A stretch of DNA of 63,425 bases, the filler included, from Lenisia limosa (lineage: Eukaryota; Protista; Breviatea), in NCBI GenBank assembly GCA_001655205.1. It is 5 parts of 5 records of this genome, joined end to end, with 100 filler letters (N's around TTAATTAATTAA, not from the genome) between each part and the next. Parts side by side here need not be neighbours in the genome. Positions count along the whole stretch, not along the records: positions 25,610 to 42,668 come from LPNZ01002979.1; positions 42,769 to 44,315 come from LPNZ01010297.1; positions 44,416 to 60,454 come from LPNZ01008473.1; 2 more parts are not named here. One strand, 5' to 3'. The notes beneath the pieces were generated by a model that worked only from the letters and a program-made list of their open reading frames with translations, had not been told where the DNA came from and ran no database searches. The translations under genes were made by a program, and so were the position numbers. Positions 38,501-49,294 of the stretch are shown here, piece by piece (the stretch's first letter is position 1; every line of letters begins with the position of its first letter).

Positions 38501-41500
38501 CCTACGAAGTGGCTTACGAACCTCTTGTCGAGGTATGGAAGGGCTTCAGTTCGGTTCGAAAAAAAGACTGATTTATCGATAAATCCTCGAAAACTATCGA
38601 TATTTTACAGGTCTTTTTCGAACCGAAGTGAAGCCCTAGGTAAGAATTACTTCAATAACGCCTCTGTAACACACAATAACTTACAACAAATCCTCGAAGC
38701 TCACCGTTCAGTACACGTACAAAAACTACTACCCGTCGATCAACATGGCCTATGCAAGTTCCCAGGTTGATGTTTTACAATGAAGCCCAAAGATTTCTCT
38801 GTTTTCATTTAATGAAGCCTACAGATTTCCCTATTGAGTTAACTAGTTTCATGCCTGTTACATAGTATATGTATCTGTGTATCGATATATACTGTGTGTT
38901 ATTTTACTCTAGTTTGCTATTTATTTCATCCTTTCCCCCTCAGAGCCTGCATGCCGGTGGAATGTCGTCGTATGTGTTCAGTCGGGCCGGGTCATGGTCA
39001 CGTGAGATCTCAAACCTTGGCTCATCTTATTCTGGTTGAGGGGGATTGAATCATATTGAAATGGTTAACTAAGTTCGTAACTTTTGGGATGAGTGGGGGT
39101 TGTGATTTTGACGCTATAGACACGGCCTACAACCGGCCAACTCCAATCAACCATCGTGTAGTCAACATCCTTTCTTCAGAGTGGGTTTTTGTCACCAATG
39201 GTTGAATACATGCATCAATATCCATTAGGTATTGTTACTCTCTTATCACCACCATGTAGTAGTTTGTATATGCTTTTTGGGGCGATGTACAGCAATAACA
39301 ACCTTCACTCTTTAAGTACTATGTAATATTTGGCTGCCTCACATATGATAACAGTTCGGGTCATCCTTGGGATATTTGATGATACTCTTCACCACTTAAG
39401 TCCCGGAGAGTACACAACGTCATTCTTGGCGTCACAACACTCGGTTTTCAATACGCACTGGGGGTGTGGAGAGCAGTTGTCCAACCTGCAGTTTGTTGCT
39501 TTCAGACGGTCGAGTGGTGGGGGGTGCATACACGGTGAATATTTGTACATTCAAGCCATATAATAACACAATACAGAATTTTGTATCATGATGATTCTGA
39601 CATCACTATCAATTCTTCAACAAAAGCTTGATCTAAACCGGTCTTCGAGTAATTCTGACAAAATACAAGATAACTATCGATGTTCGAGTGAAAACCCTGT
39701 GTCATCACCTCCAGAGTCACCAAGATGCTCAGATGGCGTCGTCGTATCCCCAGAAACGTGTGATGATGGAAACCTTGAAGATGGTGATGGGTAGGTGGGG
39801 AGGCACGGAGAATGGTAAATTGGGTGATTGAAAATCCAACAATCGATAAATGCTGCATTAAATGTATCTGGTTAATTTTCTCTGGCATCTCTATGTTACG
39901 GCCATTTTGGTTCAATAAATCTCTTCGTTTACAGTACCACAGTTAGCAAATTGATTGGGGTTTTTTACTCCCTCCCCAGCTGCAGCCACTCGTGTCGCAT
40001 TGAGAAGGGTTGGGCATGTCCAGACAACGTTTGCCAAAGTTTGTTGGGTCCAGTCTGTTGTGAACTTTGTGCCATCCTTGATTGAACGGAAACACATTGC
40101 TGTTGGTATATTTGCCGGAGCAATACTGTATTAGTTTGATTACCCAGACATTTGCGGAGACGGCATCGTCGTTGGGGACGAGGAATGCGACTTTGGTGGA
40201 ACAGTTTGAGGCTGTGAACCCCTGATTAGAAAAGAAAACTGAAATATGTACGTACAATGATCACTGGTTGTGCTAGTTAGTCTTATCCGATTATTCCGAA
40301 AGGAAATTTGATTTTATCTAGTGATAAAAAACCCCACCAAGTTGCACACCTTTTATTTAATGTCATTATTGCTATTGTGAAGTTTTATCTTGTTTACCTC
40401 TCCCTCAGAAGAATGAAGATGGCACGTACACGCCTATCAACAGTTCAGGATGCGAAAACTGCCAGGCCACTACTGGCAATAACACCTATTCGTGGGGAGG
40501 GGGGGGGGGGNNNNNNNNNNNNNNNNNNNNNNNNNNNNNNNNNNNNNNNNNNNNNNNNNNNNNNNNNNNNNNNNNNNNNNNNNNNNNNNNNNNNNNNNNN
40601 NNNNNNNNNNNNNNNNNNNNNNNNNNNNNNNNNNNNCTTTTATAAATATTACATGAATTTGATTGTTTTGTTCTGAATCCACTCCACTCATTCTGCAGAC
40701 ACATGGTGTGGTACGATGAGCGCACCAACTTCTACTGTCCGGAATACACCACTGACAGAGAGATGGTGGCCATTGAGGGCGAATTCTACATGAAGTTCCC
40801 AGGGTATAGAGGGGTGTAGTCAGTGCATAATGAGGTATTATCCATCATTATTCAGAAGCTTTTTAGGACATTTTTGGCTTCTCACCAATAGCACACTGTA
40901 TTCACCCATGTAGACAGGTTTACATGGAATCTTCTATGCTTATCCACATGCCTGCCGAAACGCACACTGTTTTGAAGGTATTCGGCAAACAATATGAGAG
41001 TTTCATTTCAATACTCTATCAAAATGAAATATTGGTTCTTGATGTTTTCCTGGTTCTTGTCTGATCCCTCAGATCATCAAAACGTCAAGCTTCATTCCTA
41101 GTGACCCTGACAAGCCTGATTCTGAGTCTACTGTGGGGGGTGGAATAATGATAACTTTTTATGTTACTGTTTTCAACATCGGGAAGGATTTGGGGGCGGG
41201 GGTGTTGAAGTTTGAAGGGATTATTTGGATTATTATTTTGATTATACAATAATGGTGATACCCTTCATTCATTAAAGCAATATTCTTTACTAAGTCACAG
41301 CCTCTCCTAACTGTTCAGTTCACCTACGTGAAGTCCACCAGTACGAGTAGTGGCCAAACCTCAGACCACGAAACACTGAAAAACGAGTTGGTAACTCTAC
41401 CAAGTATCCCCATATTCCACCGAAGTAGTATTCATTTTGGAGATAACTTTGCGGCGACCTAAGGGTCTTATAGTAGCTTTGATCTTTGAACAATGTGATC

Positions 41501-42650
41501 TTTCAATTCTCGTTTCGTTGTTTTTTTTTGCTTCATTTTGAGATATGATATATATTGTACAATATTTTATTAGATACTATGCAATATTATACATGTCTTA
41601 ACCAAAATCTTTTCGCTCGCACCTCATAGATCAAATAATTTACTCCCCACCCACTGACCATGCAGTGCGGCTTTCAACCTGACAATCGGGACCTACACCG
41701 CACAATTGGTGTATGAGGCTGTGTCCAAAAGGAACATTGACCTGGGAGATATGTCAAAGGAAAACTGTTGAATCCATCATAACAGTGGTTGTTGATTAAT
41801 ATCCCTAGGGTTGAGAACCATAGTGCTCTTCGTTACCTTGCATTCGGCTGCTACGAGTCTTGGGGTGGGCAGGGACATTATCAATATTATACGGTAGGTA
41901 TGGAGATTGCCATACAATGGCCTATACACAATGTCAAAGGGAAATACCTGTGTAGGATGAATCTTATCAAACCGTGTTGAAATTATCTTATTCAACTAGC
42001 ACTTTAAAATGGCTACTTCTAATTTGTAACCAAATAGACTTGACATTTTTGGCTTGTTTTTAGTTTTAAAAATTCTCTTCACCCTAGGGCTTCGCTTCGG
42101 TTATAGTTTTCGAGGATTTATCGAGAAATTCAGTCTTTTTTCGAACCGAAGTGACCCCCATAGGCCAACTCCACCTCCACCGTGTCTATGAGACGACTGG
42201 GGCGGTTCAGTTCTCTCAGGTGTTCACCAATACTATCGGCTGTCCAAGTGATGCCAACTTAGAGCGACTGAGTATCGAGTGGGGTGATCCATGGCCATCA
42301 CATACCTCTCATTTCATAGTTCCTCAAAGAGAGAAGTCCTCCTTGCCACTCCCCAGGAAGATGATGTATGGGGGGATATGAACAGGGATATTCTGTTTCA
42401 TTTTTTGTTACGTGTATAAATCTAATTTTTAACAATGACATTTGTACTTTGATAAATTATGATAAGTGTCTGTACTGTACCAGCTTGCTCTAGTTCAGCT
42501 TTGACCCCCAGGACTCGGAGCGATACGATGCTACCCGGGTGACCAGCATCGACCTCGACAACGTCCCCTCTGTCTCAGTGTATCATGAGGGCAAAGAGAG
42601 GGACCTTGTCACACCCACTACCTCTGTAGGCCCATCAACATGGATCACGC
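35521..42650 (+). CDS. Large secreted/surface protein with Myxococcus-type Cys-rich (DUF4215-like) repeats, 3' end cut by linker
   Basis: Signal peptide MLRNVLSLTSPLLLIWMVLGGTAFA; CSDGVVVSPETCDDGNLEDGDG|CSHSCRIEKGWACPDNVCQ|ICGDGIVVGDEECDF at 39727-40200; many short beta-strand-rich exons. Confidence 0.7.
37675..37745. repeat. 17-bp minisatellite GTTGGAAAGGRGTCTTT x4 starting at a splice donor
   Basis: One 18-nt and three 17-nt units directly after exon end AAAACTG. Confidence 0.85.
37908..38003. repeat. About 48-bp tandem duplication (intronic)
   Basis: AACCCCCATCCGGA..AATGAACCC...GACGTTCGGGCCAGAGTGG twice. Confidence 0.8.
38539..38638. mobile_element. MITE-like palindromic element, copy 2 (near-intact, core inverted relative to the other copies)
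   Basis: TIRs GGGCTTCAGTTCGGTTCGAAAAAAAGAC ... GTCTTTTTCGAACCGAAGTGAAGCCC-TA; begins 6 nt after a GT donor at 38533. Confidence 0.85.
42085..42160. mobile_element. MITE-like element, copy 3 (internally deleted)
   Basis: TAGGGCTTCGCTTCGGTT-ATAGTTTTCGAGGATTTATCGAGAAATTCAGTCTTTTTTCGAACCGAAGTGACCCCCA, immediately followed by the TAG acceptor. Confidence 0.8.
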
Positions 42651-42668
42651 TGTTTAAAATGCGATTAA

Positions 42669-42768
42669 NNNNNNNNNNNNNNNNNNNNNNNNNNNNNNNN
42701 NNNNNNNNNNNNTTAATTAATTAANNNNNNNNNNNNNNNNNNNNNNNNNNNNNNNNNNNNNNNNNNNN
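42669..42768. other. Artificial contig-join linker
   Basis: 44 N + TTAATTAATTAA + 44 N. Confidence 0.95.
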
Positions 42769-43095
42769 TTGACCCCTTCATCGACCTCACAATCCAAATT
42801 ACTCTCTCTGAGGAGCTTAACGAGGTACTACCCATATTAATTTAAATAATGACTCGGATTAATAATACATACAGTAACCACCATAACTCCTGACACGATT
42901 GACAAAAGATAATACTCAATATCCGGCAGGACTCATCCCTAGGTTATAGTGAATCACATGATTAGTCTTGACACGATTGACTGGATATGGAATTAGCGCG
43001 GTTAATGTACATGCAAAACACGCACAAGTCTTTGCTACTGTACTGGGGAGTCACATAGAAAGCTGATCGTACAGAGCAATTGATTGGGTGAATTA

Positions 43096-43195
43096 AAGGG
43101 ATTCACTTTGATTAGAAAAAAACCGGTAAAATATAGATAGTTTTCGAGGATTTATCGAGAAATTCAGTCTTTTTTCGAACCGAAGTGAAGCCGTA
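43096..43195. mobile_element. MITE-like element, copy 4
   Basis: GGGATTCACTTTGATTAGAAAAAAACCGGTAAAATATAGATAGTTTTCGAGGATTTATCGAGAAATTCAGTCTTTTTTCGAACCGAAGTGAAGCCG-TA. Confidence 0.8.
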
Positions 43196-43204
43196 ATTAG
43201 TAGT

Positions 43205-44230
43205 ACCTCATGATGGATTTTGTTTTGACTTGTCTCAGACCGGTGCCATTGCCGCTGATACCTATTAATATAGTAACTCATAAGGAGTTTTGTGCTCACC
43301 CTTTCCGTCTCCAATCTTTAAATGATATGCATATACATATATTCCTGTATTATTTTTCTGATTATTTTTAAGCAAGAGAAATAATAATATACATTAAAAA
43401 TCCAGGGAAACAAAAAAACACAGAGGGAAAACAGAAACAAATTACCACGCCTCCGCGCCCTCACTTTTTCTGACTTGTCCCAGGCCTCTACTATTGCTGC
43501 TGATATTCTGGAGAAAGACATTATCTACCTCTACACTTTCACTGGTGAGAGGGAAGGGGGGTAATTTTAAAAAACTGGGCTTTTTTTTTTGTTTTTTTAT
43601 TGTTTTTGCGTTCAGTTTTCTTGAGGGCTCCGTGGCGGCTTGGTTTAATAAGTTGGAACTGCCATTTTGGCTGGCGGTTTGGCTGGTGTCTGTAATGTTG
43701 GAACTGTGGATCATGTCGCTTTGAGGCTGGCTGAAGAGGGCAACCGGTGTGGTCTCGGTGGAGGATGAGAACATGTCTGTTGTTGACGGCTCTGATGATG
43801 ACTACGGAACTGCATCGAAGTCAAATTCCGGATTGAGGTCGGAATGCTTCACGCAAGGCTTGGCAGAATCAGTGAAATCATCACTTGGTGATGATGATGA
43901 GGGTTGGGCGAGTGACTGCGTGGTGTTCGTCTTTCCGAAGAGGTCATCAAATGATCCGATCGGAGTGTCCGAAAGGGAGGCTGAGAAGAACATGTTGGAT
44001 GACTCGATGGAGGGTACGGCCTCCTGTGAAGCGAAAAGTCCGTCCAAGCTAGTTTCAGGACTGCCTTGTGTATTGTCAGCCAACAGAGTTGATTTTGGCT
44101 TTTTTGTTTCATAAATTTTCCAAGTTACACAGCCAGGTTTCAAGCACCTTCGCCCCTCCACCGCCACGCTCCTGCCCTCAGGCCTGGCCCTGACACTGAC
44201 CTGGGCCGCGGACCGGCTGCTTGCCGGCGA
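43205..44230 (-). CDS. Fragment of a Ser/Thr-rich hypothetical gene with an in-frame TAG
   Basis: Long S/T/D-rich reading frame (KSTLLADNTQGSPETSLDGLFAS...FDAVP*SSSEPSTTDMFSSSTETTPV...) plus short exons VFLQNISSNSRGLGQVRKS and GISGNGTGLRQVKTKS. Confidence 0.35.
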
Positions 44231-44315
44231 AGTGGGAGTGGGTAATATAATGCAGTATCTTGTATTGAGCCTTGATTTGATATCCTATATCTTGTATTGA
44301 GCCTTGATTTGATAT

Positions 44316-44415
44316 NNNNNNNNNNNNNNNNNNNNNNNNNNNNNNNNNNNNNNNNNNNNTTAATTAATTAANNNNNNNNNNNNNNNNNNNNNNNNNNNNN
44401 NNNNNNNNNNNNNNN
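44316..44415. other. Artificial contig-join linker
   Basis: 44 N + TTAATTAATTAA + 44 N. Confidence 0.95.
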
Positions 44416-44529
44416 TATCTCACAAATTGTAGGACTTAGGTTTTCTTTGGTTAATACAATCCGATTAGAATCTCGATATCTAGAAAACTTGATAAACACT
44501 CGTTTTATAGATTTATCTACTTGCCACAG

Positions 44530-47500
44530 TGTTTTTGACACCAAAGTTTAGTGAGAAAACATATAGATTATTTTTCCGTGTTCTATCAGTCAACACTTCA
44601 GCCAAATTCCTTCGTTCCTACTCCTTGGTTGAAAGCCTCAATCTCTCGAACAACAACTTTGGGAAGCAGGCATCTGAGCTGGTTTTGATGCTCGAGGTAT
44701 GTTGGCATCATATTATTATCACTGGTATTGATATTCGTACAGTATATTGCACCTCAACTCATATGCAATATATCATGGGTGAGGGGTGCCTTCAATATAT
44801 CATGGGTGAGGGGTGCCTAATTTCTGGTCAAATTTGGCGTTCTTGAGTACAAACGTAATATGTTTATCTGAAGTCCTCACCCCACAGACTCCTGGTTTGC
44901 AGCTGACCCACTTGACAGAAGTCAATTTGAGCGGGAACCAGATTCCGCCGAAGCTCATCTCGCGTGTTATTGACGGCTTGAGGGTTGGCAGTCTTGGGAC
45001 ATGGTATAACCTCAGAGGACTGTCTACAGTCTTCCGATTTCTTTCACCAAGAACAAAGGGTTATTCTGGTTATTCTATTGAATTTGCCTTGTCATCCAGT
45101 ATAATACCACCGTAGAACTGCCACCAGTTGACTTCCTTGTCTCTTGCGGATAACGCGGTCAAAGATCAGTTTTCAGACTCATTCACATCAATTCTCAAGA
45201 AAAGTGACCCGGCGCTTACTCATTTGGACCTGGTACGAGGGATATCTCTTTGGTTTCAACCAAGTATTGTATCTCGTCACTCTTTGGTTTTGAGTCAGGC
45301 CAAATCGGTTACTTGTAAAGCGATCAGGTGAATCAGTGAGAAATTATTTGTTCCATGGTAAACGTCATATGTTCGTATTTGGTCACAACACCCTTTTGTT
45401 CTTATCTCGATTAGGTATTCCATTTCTCTTTCATTTGCTTAGTGCGACTGCAAACTGTCCGATAGTTTTGTGAGCAAATTGTGCCGTTCATATGAAGATC
45501 TTCTCTCGTGGGGGGGGGGGGCATTTTTTACCATGATAAGACCATCTTCGTAACTCAAGCAAGTAGAATGTGATATTGTTGTATGAATACAATCGGTGGA
45601 AGTAAATACCAGATAATGCATCAACTGCACATCGCTAATTTATCTAGACCCGAGTTGCGTATTCTGCGCCTTTCAAACAATTCTTTGTCCAACAAATCCA
45701 TGGCAAGGGTCATCGCACTGTCGGCGCATATCGGTAGGATTACGTCTTGTTTAATAGACCTATTGTTAGGAATAGTCTTTTCAAAATTTCACTTCAACAA
45801 ATACACATGTACTTCGATTTCGTATGATATGCATCCCTTCTTAAGGAACAATTTTGGTATTATCTTATCCTCTTCAGGCTCCCTGAGAACTTTGACCATT
45901 TCCGGTAATAGCATCCCAACCAAAGCAGGAATACAGGTGAGTGATGAGATTGGAGTGAGGGGTTGAGAGGTTGGAGGCATGTGGGGTGTGGAGAGAGGTT
46001 GGAGGCATGTGGGGTGTGGAGAGAGGTTTAGCACTATGTATTGAATTGAAGACACTGATGATCATATATATTCATGACCTCCCTCCCTCTTTCAGTTAGG
46101 AGATCAGTTGTCATCTGAGACCTTCAAGCTCAAACGCCTTATTATCAACAACTGCAGCCTCGACAAAAAAGGTTGAAAGGGGGGTTCTGAGTACTCAAAA
46201 GGAGTAAATGTGATTTTTTTGCCTCTTTCGTGTCATCTCCCCCACTCTAACCATGCAGTTATTCTCCATATTGCAGAGGCGCTTCGATTCAACAAAAGTC
46301 TGAAGTCTCTGCAAATCGCCCGTACTACTATTGATGATCCTACTGCGTCTGCTTTCAGAGAGTCTTTGTCCCGGCATAACTCTGTTTTGAGAGTGCTGAA
46401 CCTGTCATTTTGTAGCATGACTGCTCAGGGTAGGGGTATGATATATTTTATTATTTATGATCATGTACCTTTTGTTTTGACTTAGGTTATTAAAACTCAC
46501 TCTTTCAGCTTCGGAAGAGATCGGTCTCATACTCTTGACAAACTCCACACTTAAGACGTTGGATTTCTCTGGACTTGCTTTGACTGCTTCGTGTTTGCTG
46601 GGAATTTGGGCGATAATCTTACTTTCAATGTCAAATTCAAGTTGTATATTACTCCCCTCCAACTACCTAGTAACCGACCAAATCGGTTCCGCCCTTGTTG
46701 TTCAATCACAATGGTCATCTGATCTGAATTCCTCTATTCTGCCAAACTACTCGTCAAAGTAAGCAGCGTGTGTCTGATGGATGATTACTCCAGCCGCCCC
46801 ATCAATAAAAGACTGTCCTCGGCTCTTTTTTGTCTTCTATTGCCTCTCAATTGTTGAACCAATAAAGATGTTTACCCCCCCCCCCACAGGAACCTGTTGT
46901 CGGAATGGTCGCGTCATCCGTCAGCAGTCAGGCCTGTGTCGGTGGTATCAGCTAGTGGCTTTTCTAACAACGCTGAATGCTCCTCTAGAAGGTGGGGGCT
47001 TAGTATTTCTATATATGACGGCCATAAGTAAACTGTTTTCAAAGATTTGTCAGGTAAAGAGCACAGGATGCAAGAATATTACCTTACTTAACTTGACGTA
47101 ATAGATTGTTTGGGAAATGAATCGTGGAAGGATATTGATTCATGTTTGTTTGAATGAAGCTCCATCTCAATCTCAATATTGCAGTCGATCTCTTCTCAGT
47201 GCCACCACCATAAGCATTGGGTCAAATGGCAAGAGTTGGAGGGAGACAGGTACTCTTATGTCGGCCAGATACTACCTTATTTTTTTATTTCTCATTGCTA
47301 TATCATATATTATGTATATTTAACAAAAATAACGATATACCTCTAAATAAAGATGCATTTTTACATCTATTACAGTTATAATTGCGCCCACCTCTTTTCA
47401 GTGCATCAAAACGCTCTCTGTTTTCGCTCTTACCTCGTAGGTGAAGACCTGAATAAGGACAATGAAAAAGATGCAATCAGTGAGTATTCGTCAGATCGTA

Positions 47501-48440
47501 TCCCGGGCCTAAGGGCGCTGTGCCTCTCTTACCCCGACTCCGAGCCTGAAAATGCTGCGTGGGAATTGGACAAACTTCTCTGATGGGGTGTTAGTTTTGA
47601 AACCGAGGTTGTTATAAGCTAGAGTTTTCATAAGGCGGTTCCAGGTTCTTTCTGTAGTGTTGTTTTAACAATTTTTCGTGTCCTTTTTTATTTTGTGATC
47701 TTGTGCTCTTGTCAACACGTGTTAATGATGCTGCTGACCCAACAGTCTTCTTTGGGAGAGTATAGGGGCGTGTGCGCGAATTGAACGACTTTTGCTCCAC
47801 GGCTGGAAGTTCAACGCCGCCACCATGACTGAGGTGGGTCAGCAACTGGGTGGTACTTAGGGTTTCACTTCGGTCCGAAAAAGACTTAAGATATTGATAG
47901 TTTTCGAGGATTTATCGGGAAATTTAGTCTTTTTTTGAACCGAAGTGAAGCTCTAGTGGTACTGTTGTCAAATGTGCAATGTTTATGTTCTTTAGAATCT
48001 CTCTCTCTGTTTTTACAGCATAGATGTTGGTATTAATTGGCCAGTCAGAAAACCTCAAAAGGCTATGTATTCGAAGTAGGCAACTTTTTTTTAATGGGGG
48101 GGGGGGTGGGGGGGTTGAGGCTAACTTTTAGAAGAAAGAAGACCATTTCAAATGTATTATTACGTACCGCCAAGGATGTTAACTATCCAGACACCCCATT
48201 GTCACCTAAGGTGCTTCTACCTGCAATTCAAGCCATGCCAAGAAAACCCTCTGCTCTACATCTTCAAATCGGTTTGATGGTACATTCATATAATTCAGTG
48301 TTGTGAATTCTGAGGTATATATTAATGATATACTGTTCAGATACATTCATAAGTGTAATTGGTAACTGCTTACCCGTTTAGATCGGAGCGATGCGGAGTG
48401 GACAGAAGTGGAAATGGCAGGACGGGAGAAGGCTGTCAGG
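44530..48440 (+). CDS. RNI-like leucine-rich repeat protein, 5' truncated
   Basis: Repeated LxxLxLxxN units in successive exons: VESLNLSNNNFG, LTEVNLSGNQI, LTSLSLADNAV, LRILRLSNNSL, LRTLTISGNSI, LKRLIINNCSL, NKSLKSLQIART, LRVLNLSFCSM, NSTLKTLDFSG. 3' end uncertain. Confidence 0.8.
45965..46028. repeat. 28-bp G-rich intronic tandem repeat x2.3
   Basis: GAGAGGTTGGAGGCATGTGGGGTGTGGA repeated. Confidence 0.8.
47858..47955. mobile_element. MITE-like element, copy 5
   Basis: TA-GGGTTTCACTTCGGTCCGAAAAAGAC ... GTCTTTTTTTGAACCGAAGTGAAGCTC-TA, about 25 nt after a GTGGGT donor. Confidence 0.85.
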
Positions 48441-49294
48441 GTTGTTTTCGATTAGTTTTTCATTTGTTTTCGATAGGTTTTTCTTGTTTTGTTATTTCTT
48501 TGTCTTTCTATTTTCTCGTAATAATTTATTCCTGCATGCCAGTTTGCAATTTCAAGCATTCAATCAATAGTTGTATTTGGCTATTTGGTCAAGTTTTAGA
48601 AAAGAAATATCAAGGAAATACCAACAACAAGTTGGCTTAGGTTGATAAACAAACGTGTAGCAGTAATGATAAGGTGGTCCTCATCCCTCCCCTCGCTCTC
48701 ACTCTTTTTGAAGCTTCGCATTCTGTCTTTCTTTTATACTATTTATTAATAAACTAAGAAACAAGTGAAATATCGCTTTGTTTACTCTCAGCAATAGTAC
48801 GTCATCAACTTTCATGGGGGAATCAGCAAAAAAATCATCAGCAAAAATCATAAGCCCCCTTCTTAAGCATTATGATGTTGTTAATTAGAGCGCCACTTGT
48901 GAAACTTGCCTTTTATGGAGATATTCTGAAAACATTTCTACTAGTTCCCTCCAGTTTATTCAAAACGTAGTCAAAGGCTCATTTGTTGTACACTATATTA
49001 ACAAATTTGAGAAGGTTTGTCATACTACGTTTGGAATGGAACATATCATATATATTAAAAAAGATGTTCACCCCCCAGGATTCTGAAAATTTTTCAATTA
49101 GTTCCAGAAAGTGCAACTTGCCTTATATGGAGATGTTCTGACAATGTTTCAATTAGTTTCCGACAGTATATTCAAAACGTAGTCAGGCAAACGCTTAGTT
49201 AGACTCGTATAAACATATTGACAATACCGACCAGTGAAAAAAAAATAAAAATAAAAAAAAAAGGGGGGGGGGTAGAATACATGATATCCATGCT

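Noticed and set aside
43802-43804. Genome-wide stop-codon reassignment
   Set aside because: TAA ends STT3, PSMB5, eIF5 and cystatin, TGA ends ubiquilin, TAG appears to end the SMP/C2 gene, and conserved exons show no in-frame stops.
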